A stretch of 64,000 nucleotides of DNA, taken from assembly GCA_031381925.1 (NCBI GenBank), contig JANMYH010000234.1, forward strand, positions 2,676 through 66,675, written 5' to 3'. This document shows positions 34,361 to 43,050 of this stretch, piece after piece. The notes under the pieces are model-generated. The model was given only the letters and a program-made list of their open reading frames with translations. It had not been told where the DNA came from and did no database searches. Within the stretch, counting starts at the first letter, position 1. Each line of letters begins with the position of its first letter. The stretch is from Burkholderiales bacterium (GTDB lineage: Bacteria > Pseudomonadota > Gammaproteobacteria > Burkholderiales > Usitatibacteraceae). The translations under genes were made by a program, and so were the position numbers.

Positions 34361-35839
34361 TTACCAACCATTCCCGCGCATCACCGTCGCGAACGTGCGC
34401 GCGATCACCTTGAGATCGAGCCACACCGACCACCTGTCGATGTACGCAATATCGAGCTCCATCCACTCCCGGAACGGCATGTTCCGGTCCTCGATCTGCC
34501 AGAGGCACGTCAGGCCCGGAGGCATGGTGAGGCGACGGCGCTGCCACCACTCGTTGCCGTGCGCCTCTTTCACGGGGAGTGGGCGTGGGCCCACCAGGCT
34601 CATGTCCCCCACGAGCACGTTCCAGAGCTGCGGGAATTCGTCCACATGATACTTGCGGAGCCACTTCCCGAATTGGGTGATGCGCGAGTCGTTGCGGATC
34701 TTGAACGCGGTGCCGTCGCGCTCGTTGACGCCGGCAAGCTTGTCGCGCTGCGCCAGGGCGTCCTTCACCATCGAGCGGAACTTGATCATCTCGAAGAGGC
34801 GGCCGTGCAGGCCCACGCGCGTCTGGCGGAAGAAAATCGGGCCGCGCGAGTCCAGCTTGACGGCCACCGCGACGATCGCCAGGAAGGGCGCCATCAGCAC
34901 CAGGCCGACTCCGGCACCGATCACGTCGATCACGCGCTTCAGAAGCAGGTGACGGTAGCTGGACGGCCCACTGTAGTGCGTAACCATCGGGATCTTGCCG
35001 ACGAAGGTAACCTCCGTCGCGTATCCCGCGGTCTCGAACGACTGCGGGCGCAGGCGCACCGACGTGCCGGCAGCGCAGCAAATGTCGAGGATGCGGCTGA
35101 TGGTGTCGTAGCAGCTGCGCACCGGCAGCGTGACAACCACCTCGTCGATTACGCGCGTGGCGAGGATCGCCCGGATCTGCTCGACGTCATCCAGCACGCG
35201 CAGCGCCACCCCGGCGGGCGGGTTGGCCATGAATTCCCGGCGCTCCGGCGACTCGCGCTCGGAGCCATCGTCGATATCGACGATCTCCTCGACGCGAATG
35301 CCGAAATGCGGATTCGCGAAAATTGTCTGGGCGAGGTCGCCGGAACGATTGTTGTGGCCCACGATGAGCCAGACGCGGCAATCGCCGCCGCGGCGGCGCA
35401 ATCGGCGGATCGTAAATCGCATCGCGAGCCGCATCGTGGGCACCGCGATGACCGCCGCGCCGAGGGCCTGCAGGTAGCTGTAGCGGGGCAATCCCCCGCC
35501 CCAGATCTCCGCGACGACGCCGGCGATGCAGCACGCGTACAGGCCCACCTCGCTCACGACGAACAGCTCGTTGGCCAGCTCTTCGGTCCGGCGCGCAAAG
35601 TAGATGCGCATGCGCTCGGCAACGACGAGAAACGCCAGGAAGAACGACAATGCGAATAACGTCAGCGCATAACGATACTCGCCCCCCGCATCCGCGCCAC
35701 CGACCAGCCCGTACCAAACCAGCAACGTCGAAGCGAACGCCGCCACCGCCGCGTCGATGAAACGCAGCGAGTGCGCCATGACCTGCACATTGTGGTAAAG
35801 CAATTCCCCGTCCCTGTGCGCGTGACGCCGACGTGACAT
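34361..35839 (-). CDS. initiating polyprenyl-phosphate hexose-1-phosphate transferase (WcaJ/EpsB-type sugar transferase)
   Basis: N-terminal TM bundle, then 'KRVIDVIGAGVGLVLMAPFLAIVAVAVKLDSRGPIFFRQTRVGLHGRLFEMIKFRSM' and 'DEFPQLWNVLVGDMSLVGPRP'. Confidence 0.85.
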   Translation of the reverse strand: MSRRRHAHRDGELLYHNVQVMAHSLRFIDAAVAAFASTLLVWYGLVGGADAGGEYRYALTLFALSFFLAFLVVAERMRIYFARRTEELANELFVVSEVGLYACCIAGVVAEIWGGGLPRYSYLQALGAAVIAVPTMRLAMRFTIRRLRRRGGDCRVWLIVGHNNRSGDLAQTIFANPHFGIRVEEIVDIDDGSERESPERREFMANPPAGVALRVLDDVEQIRAILATRVIDEVVVTLPVRSCYDTISRILDICCAAGTSVRLRPQSFETAGYATEVTFVGKIPMVTHYSGPSSYRHLLLKRVIDVIGAGVGLVLMAPFLAIVAVAVKLDSRGPIFFRQTRVGLHGRLFEMIKFRSMVKDALAQRDKLAGVNERDGTAFKIRNDSRITQFGKWLRKYHVDEFPQLWNVLVGDMSLVGPRPLPVKEAHGNEWWQRRRLTMPPGLTCLWQIEDRNMPFREWMELDIAYIDRWSVWLDLKVIARTFATVMRGNGW

Positions 35840-36092
35840 CGACCCGGAGACGCGGGAAAATCTCGCCGCATCCGAGCGCTCATGCCGCGCGGAAAACGAT
35901 CAATTATTTTTTATGCCCCCAGCCACTGCATGCCGACCGAAGGGCGCGTCCGAGCCCCTACTGCCCCCTGGAGTCGAACGCGACTGTGGGGCGATTCTAA
36001 CGCCAGTTGCAGGCGGCGGGTAACATTTTCAAGGAGGGCATGGCCGGGGCGCATTTCAGGTGAAATGCCCGCGTTGCACCTGTAGCGGCCTT
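35840..36092 (-). promoter_or_regulatory. probable promoter/leader region of the minus-strand polysaccharide operon
   Basis: 253-nt non-coding gap upstream of the first gene of a long co-oriented, tightly packed gene run. Contains an AT-rich patch ('gatcaattattttttatg'). No consensus -35/-10 could be assigned with confidence. Confidence 0.3.
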
Positions 36093-36596
36093 CTAAGCGT
36101 TCAGGCTGTAGAGACGCGAGTCTTCCCCCTCGCCGCCCCTGGCAATCTGGCACTCGTAGGCGAATCCGAGGCGCTCGAGCAGCCTCGCCGAGGCGTCGTT
36201 ATCTGGCGCGGTGATCGCGACGATCCGCTCGAGGCCCAGCACCTCGGTTGCGTAGTCGCGTACGGCCACGGCCGACTCCAACGCGTATCCCTGGCCGCGG
36301 AACGCCGGCAGGAACGCGAAGCCGATATCCACGTCCTCGAGGCTGTCGCGCTTGATGAGGCCGCAAAGGCCGAGGGGCGTGCCGTCACGCAGCTCCACGG
36401 CGTCGAGGCCGAAGCCCAGGCGCTCGTAGAGCTTCATCGGACCCTTCTCGATGTAGCCCCGTGCGTCCTCGACGGTTCGCACGCCGCGGTCGCCGATGAA
36501 GCGCAACCAGTCGGGATCGTTGACGAGCTCGAGGATGAAGGCCGAATCGGCCGCGCACAGGTGCCGCAGCACGAGGCGCGCGGATTGCAGGACCAT
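36093..36596 (-). CDS. GNAT-family N-acetyltransferase (RimJ/RimL-like)
   Basis: 'LVLRHLCAADSAFILELVNDPDWLRFIGD', 'IGFAFLPAFRGQGYALESA', 'NDASARLLERLGF'. Confidence 0.8.
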   Translation of the reverse strand: MVLQSARLVLRHLCAADSAFILELVNDPDWLRFIGDRGVRTVEDARGYIEKGPMKLYERLGFGLDAVELRDGTPLGLCGLIKRDSLEDVDIGFAFLPAFRGQGYALESAVAVRDYATEVLGLERIVAITAPDNDASARLLERLGFAYECQIARGGEGEDSRLYSLNA

Positions 36597-36624
36597 TGCC
36601 GTGCGCGAACTGCTTCTGCGTGCC

Positions 36625-37086
36625 CTAAGGGCAGTCGAATCGCGTCACCCGCAGCGCGCCGAACACCGCCACGCCCTTGCCGCTCTGGTCGACCGCGCCG
36701 ACGCTGGTGCCGTCTTCCTTGGCGCTCGCGATGTGCGCCTTGCAATGCGCCTCGATGTTCATCGCGCCGGCCACCGTCACGTTCGAGCGGAAGCAATACC
36801 AGCCGTTGGGGTTCGAGAGGCGAATCGTGCTTCGGCCGGCGACGTTCACGGCCGGGCGAATGAGGATGAGGGCCGGTCGGTCCGTCGGCGCGTCGTTGCC
36901 CGATTGGCCCGCACCGATGCCGAAGACCTTCACCCCCGTGCCGATCACGCTGTCGGCGGCCTTGCCCTTCTTGAAGGGCGACGATTTGCCCCATGAAGCG
37001 ATGCAGGAGTCGAGGACGCCCTGGTCCTGGGCGAAACCGGTGGCGGGAAGGACGACGGCGAGGATGGCAAGGAGCGTTCGGTTCAC
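36625..37086 (-). CDS. secreted hypothetical protein (four Cys)
   Basis: Signal peptide 'MNRTLLAILAVVLPATGFAQ'. Coding-like composition. I recognise no family. Confidence 0.5.
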   Translation of the reverse strand: MNRTLLAILAVVLPATGFAQDQGVLDSCIASWGKSSPFKKGKAADSVIGTGVKVFGIGAGQSGNDAPTDRPALILIRPAVNVAGRSTIRLSNPNGWYCFRSNVTVAGAMNIEAHCKAHIASAKEDGTSVGAVDQSGKGVAVFGALRVTRFDCP

Positions 37087-37180
37087 GGGGCTTCTCCGGG
37101 GTTGGGCCGCGGCAGTCGCGGGTCGTCGAGGGATCTTATGCCACCGGCGGCGCGAATGAAAATGCCCGCCGATCGCAACA

Positions 37181-37567
37181 CTACGGGCTTGGCCGCGGGG
37201 CCGCCGCCAAGTTCGCTTGCAGCAGGGAAACTCGCAGCCCGCGCGCTGCGAAATGCCGGTTCAGGATCTGAACGATCCGTGTCGGGGAGGTGCGCCGAGC
37301 GTCGTACGAAAGCGAAAGCGACGCCGCCTCGACCGAGACTCGCAGCGATTGCGCGTCGATCCCCGGGGCCGACTTGAGCGCATTGGCGATGACGCGCCGC
37401 GCCTGTCCGGCCTCCGGAAGCTTTCCCTCGATCGCAAGGAACGCGATCTGGTGATGCCGGTCGAGTGCCTGGGTGATGACGCCGTGGTCGTACACCGCGG
37501 CGACGCGATCCTCTTCGCAGAAGCCGCATCCCGACGCGGGCAGCGACGCGCTGAGGATCGCGGCCAT
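37181..37567 (-). CDS. small hypothetical protein with N-terminal CxxC ('GCGFCEED'), downstream of nirK
   Basis: Part of track ORF 37181-38149, from ATG 37567, 32 nt after the nirK stop. The C-terminal half ('LRVSVEAASLSLSYDARRTSPTRIVQILNRHFAARGLRV') resembles a ferredoxin-like HMA fold. Weak RBS. Confidence 0.4.
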   Translation of the reverse strand: MAAILSASLPASGCGFCEEDRVAAVYDHGVITQALDRHHQIAFLAIEGKLPEAGQARRVIANALKSAPGIDAQSLRVSVEAASLSLSYDARRTSPTRIVQILNRHFAARGLRVSLLQANLAAAPRPSP

Positions 37568-37599
37568 GAGGCTCGCTGCGGAGGCCGGGATGCGACCTG

Positions 37600-39078
37600 T
37601 CAATGGGCACCCGCAGCCTTGATCGAGCCGGCGGGCTGGGCATCGATCCAGTGGAAGTACTTGAGGTACTGCCGGATTTCCGTATCGGTCAGGCTCTGGT
37701 TGGGCATCGGAATGTTGTTGTACTCCTTGAGCATGGCTTGCGCCGCGGGATCGGAGGCGAGCATTTTCTCCGGCGCCTTGAGCCAGCGCGTGAGCCAATC
37801 GTCGGTGCGCCGCTTGGTGACACCCGCGACGTCGGGACCGAGCTTCTTGCCTCCGCCGACCGAATGGCAAGCGAGGCACTTGCTTTCGAACGCGAGCTTG
37901 CCCTGGACGGCATCGGGCTCCGTCGGCGTGGAGCTCGCTTCCATGTTGTGGTGCTCGAGATCCTGCTTCGGGGGTGCCGGGGCGGTGGAAATCAACCCGA
38001 TCGCCCCCTGCGAGGCATTGGCGAAATGGTGATCGACCATGATGTACGAGCCATCCTCCGGAATCATGAATTCCACGATCGCACTGTTGCTGGATCCCAG
38101 CAGCACGGTCTGCATGCCGCGGAACTGGTTGTCCGGATTGCCTTCCCACCAGACCCGGTCGAAGATCGTGCCCACGACGTGAAAGCTCGAAGTCTTGCTC
38201 GGGCCGACATTGAGGACGAACAGGCGCACGCGCTCGCCCGCCTTCGCCGGCAGCGGATTCCTCACCATGCCGTTGTGAGTGCCGTTGAATACCGTGTGGG
38301 TGGGTTGCGAGGCGCGCAGCCGGTCGGTATCGAGCACGTAGAGCGGCGCCCCGTCGACCTTGCGCTTGCCGGGATCCGGCTTCGCGTAGAACTCGCTCTG
38401 GATCACCACGTACTCGCGGTCGGCCTTGCCGGGAAACCCGTCCCGCGGCTCGACGACGACGGCGCCGTACATGCCCGAGGCGATGTGCTCGAGGATCATC
38501 GGCGTCCCGCAGTGGTACATGAAGACGCCGGGGTAGTTGAGCACGAATTCGAACTCGATCGTCTGCCCGGGGGCGACCGACCGGTACTTGTCCTGCGGCG
38601 AAACCATGGCGGCGTGGAAATCCATGGAGTGCATCATCGGCGCCGCGGTCAGCTTGATCCCCGGCACCGGCTCATCGCTGCGATTGGTCATGCTGAACTT
38701 GATCCGGTCGCCGACCCGGGCGCGCACAGTCGGGCCCGGGACGGTATCGCCGAAGGTCCACGCGCTGAACTTCACGCCCGGCGCGATCTCGATGATCTTG
38801 TGGGTGGTGTCGAGCTGAACGGTCTTGACCGCCGCGGGATCGAGCGGCTTCAGGATCGCGTCGAGACTGAGGGCGCCACCGGTGGCGAACGGCCCCGCAT
38901 GGCGGGTATCCGTGACTTTCGCCGGCGGCGACTTGAGCTCCATCCCGGCGGGATCGTATTTGTCCCTTGGGGACTTCGGGGCCTCGGCCTTCGAGCCGCA
39001 TCCCGCGAGGGCAAGGACGGCGGCGATCGCAACGGCGGGCCCGCGAAGCGCGTGAGTGAATTCTTGAACGACGGTCAT
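37600..39078 (-). CDS. nirK: copper-containing nitrite reductase fused to a C-terminal cytochrome c domain; lipoprotein
   Basis: Lipobox 'LALAGC'. Cu ligand motifs 'HSMDFH', 'YHCGT', 'HIASGM', 'SFHVVG'. C-terminal 'CLACH' heme-binding site. GGAGA RBS before ATG 39078. Confidence 0.85.
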   Translation of the reverse strand: MTVVQEFTHALRGPAVAIAAVLALAGCGSKAEAPKSPRDKYDPAGMELKSPPAKVTDTRHAGPFATGGALSLDAILKPLDPAAVKTVQLDTTHKIIEIAPGVKFSAWTFGDTVPGPTVRARVGDRIKFSMTNRSDEPVPGIKLTAAPMMHSMDFHAAMVSPQDKYRSVAPGQTIEFEFVLNYPGVFMYHCGTPMILEHIASGMYGAVVVEPRDGFPGKADREYVVIQSEFYAKPDPGKRKVDGAPLYVLDTDRLRASQPTHTVFNGTHNGMVRNPLPAKAGERVRLFVLNVGPSKTSSFHVVGTIFDRVWWEGNPDNQFRGMQTVLLGSSNSAIVEFMIPEDGSYIMVDHHFANASQGAIGLISTAPAPPKQDLEHHNMEASSTPTEPDAVQGKLAFESKCLACHSVGGGKKLGPDVAGVTKRRTDDWLTRWLKAPEKMLASDPAAQAMLKEYNNIPMPNQSLTDTEIRQYLKYFHWIDAQPAGSIKAAGAH

Positions 39079-39256
39079 GGCTCGTCTCCGTGAGGGGGAA
39101 TCCCGCTGCTGGGACGACGATAGGCCATTGGGGTGAGGCGATCTGTGCGGCAGCGCACCCGAGGGTGGACCGCGCCATCGAGCTACCGGCGCGGCCGAAT
39201 TGGGGGAAAATGGCCCGCAGGCGGATTCCAAAACGACTCATTACAGGGAGAACATC

Positions 39257-40105
39257 ATGTTCGAACGTCTCGATCGCAGCATGGATCTGGTGAGGGCGAG
39301 CGCCAAGGTGCTCCGGCAGGACAAGGAGCTCCTGTGGTTCCCGCTGATCTCCTCGGGGGCACTGGTAGTGGTGATGGCCGCCTTCGCCCTGCCGATCTTC
39401 GGGCTCGGCGCCATCGACGGGCTGGATCGCCCGGACGGCAGCACGCACCCGCTCCTCTACGTGATCGCCTTCCTCTTCTACTTCGCCCAGTACAGCGTGA
39501 TCTTCTTCTTCAATACCGCGCTCGTCGGCGCGGCGATGATCCGCCTCGAGGGGGGCGATCCCACCTTCCGCGACGGGCTGCGCATCGCGACTTCCAAGAT
39601 CGGGGCGATCCTCGGCTACGCCTTCATCGCGGCGACCGTCGGACTCGTGCTGCGGATCATCCAGGAGCGCGTCGGCTTCATCGGCAAGATCATCGTGGGC
39701 CTGCTCGGCGTGGGCTGGACGATCGCGACCTACCTCGTCGTGCCGGTGCTCGCCGCCCGTGATGTCGGCCCGATCGAGGCGATCAAGGAAAGCGCCACGC
39801 TGCTGAAGGACACCTGGGGCGAGAACGTGATCGGCCAGGCCGGCATGGGCTTCGCCTTCGGCCTCATCCTCATGGGGGTGATCTTCGCCGGCATATTCCT
39901 CATCGGCCTGACCGCGGCGACGCACAGCGTGTTCCTGATCGCGACAGCCGTCGTCTTGACGGTCCTCGCCGTCGGCGTCACCGTGCTGGTCCAGGCCGCC
40001 CTGGCCGGGATTTACTCCGCGGCGCTCTATCGTTACGCCACCGCGAGAGAAGGCTCTCCGGGTTTCGACGCGGATGCGATGAAGCTGGCGTTCGCACCGA
40101 AGTAG
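39257..40105 (+). CDS. multi-pass membrane protein (DUF6159-like)
   Basis: 'MFERLDRSMDLVRASAKVLRQDKELLWFPLISS' and 5-6 hydrophobic helices. GGGAGA RBS. The family assignment is from memory only. Confidence 0.5.
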   Translation: MFERLDRSMDLVRASAKVLRQDKELLWFPLISSGALVVVMAAFALPIFGLGAIDGLDRPDGSTHPLLYVIAFLFYFAQYSVIFFFNTALVGAAMIRLEGGDPTFRDGLRIATSKIGAILGYAFIAATVGLVLRIIQERVGFIGKIIVGLLGVGWTIATYLVVPVLAARDVGPIEAIKESATLLKDTWGENVIGQAGMGFAFGLILMGVIFAGIFLIGLTAATHSVFLIATAVVLTVLAVGVTVLVQAALAGIYSAALYRYATAREGSPGFDADAMKLAFAPK

Positions 40106-40116
40106 CTTACGTTCCA

Positions 40117-40157
40117 CCCGGCACGCCCGCCCCTTTGAACGGAGCAGGCGCGCCGGG
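40117..40157. terminator. candidate bidirectional hairpin between convergent genes
   Basis: 'cccggcacgcc' (40117-40127) pairs with 'ggcgcgccggg' (40147-40157) at 10 of 11 positions, with a 19-nt loop. No U-tract, so weak. Confidence 0.25.
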
Positions 40158-40162
40158 CCTGA

Positions 40163-40642
40163 TTACTTCTCCATCACGAGCACGTTGTCGAACTCGCCCT
40201 TGGCGTTGCTGCCCTTGTGGGTGATGGTCATGGTCTTTCCGTCGGCCGAAACGGACCGCACGAACGTCTGGACCACCTTTCCGCCCTTCTTGTCGACCCG
40301 CTCGACCTTGCCACCGTCGAGCTTCTTCAAGGCCACGGTGTCGGTGACAGCCGAGCCGGTCATCGGATAGTCCTTGCCGTCGTATTGGGCGGTGTAGACC
40401 GCCGTGGTCTTCTTGCCCTCTGCGTCCACGAAGTCGCTGCTGGTCTTCACGCCCTTGCCGGCGGGCTCGAACTTGACCACGAGGGACTTGGGAGGCGGCC
40501 CGGGCTTGTACTTCGACTTCGCCAGGTTGAGCTTCCACGTGCCCATTCCAGGGTCTGAGTCTTGCGCCCAGGCGGCGGGCGCGACCCAGGGTAGCGACAT
40601 GATCATTGCAACGATTGCCAGCTTGCCGAGCGCGGATCGCAT
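40163..40642 (-). CDS. secreted hypothetical protein (beta-rich, lipocalin-like size)
   Basis: Signal peptide 'MRSALGKLAIVAMIMSLPWVAPAAWAQ'. Lys/Gly/Thr-rich beta-strand pattern. No motif recognised. Confidence 0.55.
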   Translation of the reverse strand: MRSALGKLAIVAMIMSLPWVAPAAWAQDSDPGMGTWKLNLAKSKYKPGPPPKSLVVKFEPAGKGVKTSSDFVDAEGKKTTAVYTAQYDGKDYPMTGSAVTDTVALKKLDGGKVERVDKKGGKVVQTFVRSVSADGKTMTITHKGSNAKGEFDNVLVMEK

Positions 40643-40770
40643 GTTGTTCCCCCTTTTTGAGTGCGTTCCCGAGGGCGCCGGAATGGCGCGGGGAGGCGAG
40701 CGCAGATTACGCCTTTGGCGAGCGGCGTGCAGGCTACACTACTTGCGCGAACCCACCGGGAGACATTTTC

Positions 40771-41751
40771 ATGAACTCACTCAAGCGGGCCGGCGCGATC
40801 GCCGGTGCGATCGCGATGGTGGTCACGCAGGCAACGGCGGCCGAGCCTGCTTCCGCGTATCCGAGCAAGCAGATCACCATCCTGGTTCCCGCGACCCCAG
40901 GCGGTGCGATCGACATCACCGCGCGGCTGGTCGGCCAGAAGCTCACCGACGCGTGGGGCAAGTCCGTCGTGATCGAGAACAAGCCCGGCGCCACGGGCAT
41001 GATCGGCACCGATGCGGTGGCCAAGGCCGCGCCCGACGGCTACACCCTGGTGCTGGTCGCGAGCAGCCACGCGATCAACCCGAGCATGTTCAAGACGCTG
41101 GCCTACGACACCGTGAAGGGCTTCGAGCCGGTGATACTCACGCACGTGGTGCCGCTCATGCTGGTCGTCACCAACTCCCTGCCTCCCAAGAGCGTCACCG
41201 AGCTCGTCGCCTACGGGAAAGCGAACCCCGGCCAACTCACCTTCGCGTCGAGCGGCCCCGGGGGCGCGCCGCACATGTCGGGCGAGCTCTTCAAGAGCAT
41301 GACCCGGATCGAGATGCTGCATGTTCCCTACAAGGGCAGCACCGCGGCGCACGCCGATCTCCTGAGCGGGCGTACCTCGATCATGTTCGACACCGTGGCT
41401 GCGATCAATACGCAGGTGAAGGCGGGGGCCGTGCGTCCGCTCGCGGTCACCACCCTCAAGCGCTCGGCCGCCGCACCCGACGTCCCCACGATGGAGGAAG
41501 CGGGGATCAAGGGTTATGAGACCAGCACGTGGGGCGGAATCCTCGCGCCCGCCGGCACGCCGAAGGACATCGTCGCCAAACTCAACGCCGAGATGAACAA
41601 GGCGCTGAGCGCTCCGGATGTGCGGCAGAAGCTCGCCGGCGCCGGCATCGAGCCCGCGGGCGGCACGCCGCAGCAGTTCGCCGATTTCATCCAGTCGGAG
41701 ATGGTGAAGTGGGGCGGAGTCGCGAAGGCTGCGGGAATACAGCCCGAGTAG
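40771..41751 (+). CDS. Bug-family (TctC-like) tripartite tricarboxylate transporter substrate-binding protein
   Basis: Signal peptide, then 'YPSKQITILVPATPGGAIDITARLVGQKL', 'ENKPGATGMIGTDAVAKAAPDGYTL', 'SSGPGGAPHMSGELF'. Confidence 0.85.
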   Translation: MNSLKRAGAIAGAIAMVVTQATAAEPASAYPSKQITILVPATPGGAIDITARLVGQKLTDAWGKSVVIENKPGATGMIGTDAVAKAAPDGYTLVLVASSHAINPSMFKTLAYDTVKGFEPVILTHVVPLMLVVTNSLPPKSVTELVAYGKANPGQLTFASSGPGGAPHMSGELFKSMTRIEMLHVPYKGSTAAHADLLSGRTSIMFDTVAAINTQVKAGAVRPLAVTTLKRSAAAPDVPTMEEAGIKGYETSTWGGILAPAGTPKDIVAKLNAEMNKALSAPDVRQKLAGAGIEPAGGTPQQFADFIQSEMVKWGGVAKAAGIQPE

Positions 41752-42217
41752 CAGACCGCGCCAAAAATCGTCAATGGACCCGTCAGATACTCACCTTCCA
41801 AAGGACATTGAGGCGCTGCGGCGTGCGGAACGCCGCGCATCCTTCAAGTAATACTTGTGGCAGCTCGCGAAGGACACATTCCTCTACAGTCTCGGGGGAA
41901 TTGTGGTGGCCCTGACTTTGGGGGTTACGGCGTACCTGTTAGTTGCGCCATCAAAACAGCGCCTCGATCCGCAAGGCCAACACAGCACGATGCAGGATCG
42001 CGTTCGCGCTGCGAAAACAAAGTAAAACGGGATTTGCGTGGAGAACTGGATCGTAAACCGGTGACGCTTTGGAGGGCGGCTTGCAGGGCTAGTCGTGAAA
42101 TCCCACGGTCAAGCCCTTCGACCAGTAAATGCGTTCATCCTCCCCCTTCGGATGACTGACGCACAAGCAGCGCCTCCCGGGAAGCGCGTTGAGCGTTGCC
42201 TCGGCGACTGAGCGGCG

Positions 42218-42583
42218 GTGCGCGACCGGATGGTCGACATGGGGCAGTACCTCGACAGCGACAACGTCCGGCGCCAGGCCAACGTGGTCGTGCGCCTGAC
42301 GGTCATCACCACCGTGGGGCTCATCGGCACGACCGTGGTCGGGTTCCTGGGCATGAACCTCATCGCCGAGGCGGACAACCCGCTCCCGATCAAGCTGCTC
42401 TATTTCCTGCTCGTGTTCGTCCCGGTGACTGCCCTGCTGGTCTACACCGTAGCGAAGTCCAAGCGCCTGTCGGGTTTCTTCGAAACGCTCTCCGACGAAC
42501 TCGTCTCGACGCGGCCCAAGTGGCAGTCCTTCGTCCAGGTGTGGGAGAAGAAGAAGAAGCGTGCGCAGGCCGAGCCGCGCTGA
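42218..42583 (+). CDS. CorA-like C-terminal fragment (two TM helices with GMN motif); possible gene remnant
   Basis: 121 codons, GTG start. 'VVRLTVITTVGLIGTTVVGFLGMNLI' followed by a second TM corresponds only to the last third of CorA-family channels. There is no room upstream for the cytoplasmic domain. Confidence 0.45.
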   Translation: MRDRMVDMGQYLDSDNVRRQANVVVRLTVITTVGLIGTTVVGFLGMNLIAEADNPLPIKLLYFLLVFVPVTALLVYTVAKSKRLSGFFETLSDELVSTRPKWQSFVQVWEKKKKRAQAEPR

Positions 42584-42642
42584 GCGCGGTATCATCCCCC
42601 GGCCATGCCTACCCACGCAGAACCCGGATGAACCTTTTCCGT

Positions 42643-43050
42643 TCAGAGCACCCGCAAGGTCTTCGCCACCGGATCGACCTCCACTTGCGCGCCGTGCGGA
42701 ATCGCAGCCGTCACGTCCTCGTCGAATCCGGCCAGCATGGTGATGTCGCCGAACGCCGCGCCCTGCGCCAGGATCGGGTTGACCGAGTTGAAGACGATCG
42801 CCAGCGGAACCTTGTCGCGCGAACGCATCTCGTGCAGCATCCATGCGCTGGCCACGCCGCCCTTAGCGGTATCGAGGACCAGGATGCGCCCCACGTAGGA
42901 TTGCCCCACCAGCTTGTGCGCGGGCCGCGAGAAGATGCCGGCGATCCGGTCGAGGTCGTAGCGCGCCGAAAAACCGTCGTGGGCCACCAGCGCCTCCCCA
43001 CGGACCTTCGTGCCCATGGCATGACGAGCGATGAAGACCTTGCCGCTCAT
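42643..43050 (-). CDS. aconitase X swivel-domain subunit (DUF126)
   Basis: 'GEALVAHDGFSARYDLD', 'GRILVLDTAKGGVASAWMLHEM'. ATG overlaps the stop of the large subunit (ATGA). Confidence 0.75.
   Translation of the reverse strand: MSGKVFIARHAMGTKVRGEALVAHDGFSARYDLDRIAGIFSRPAHKLVGQSYVGRILVLDTAKGGVASAWMLHEMRSRDKVPLAIVFNSVNPILAQGAAFGDITMLAGFDEDVTAAIPHGAQVEVDPVAKTLRVL

Noticed and set aside
1-35839. Exosortase/PEP-CTERM system, because the Wzz, kinase-like, O-antigen-ligase-like, EpsB-type transferase and export-protein set resembles PEP-CTERM EPS loci
   Set aside because: I found no exosortase-like multi-TM gene and no protein ending in a PEP-CTERM sorting signal in the window. This cannot be excluded beyond the left edge.
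36046-36070. Hairpin GCATTTC-AGGT-GAAATGC downstream of the GNAT gene, as a terminator
   Set aside because: It has only a 7-bp AT-rich stem and no following U-tract on the relevant strand, so it is too weak to call.
37603-39093. 496-aa plus-strand ORF, and the long version of minus-strand ORF 37181-38149
   Set aside because: Both overlap nirK, whose copper and heme motifs fix the true frame. Only the part of 37181-38149 downstream of the nirK stop (37181-37567) was kept, at low confidence.
39079-39256. FNR/NnrR-type box (TTGAT-N4-ATCAA) upstream of nirK
   Set aside because: I found no such dyad by eye in the divergent nirK/39257 intergenic region.
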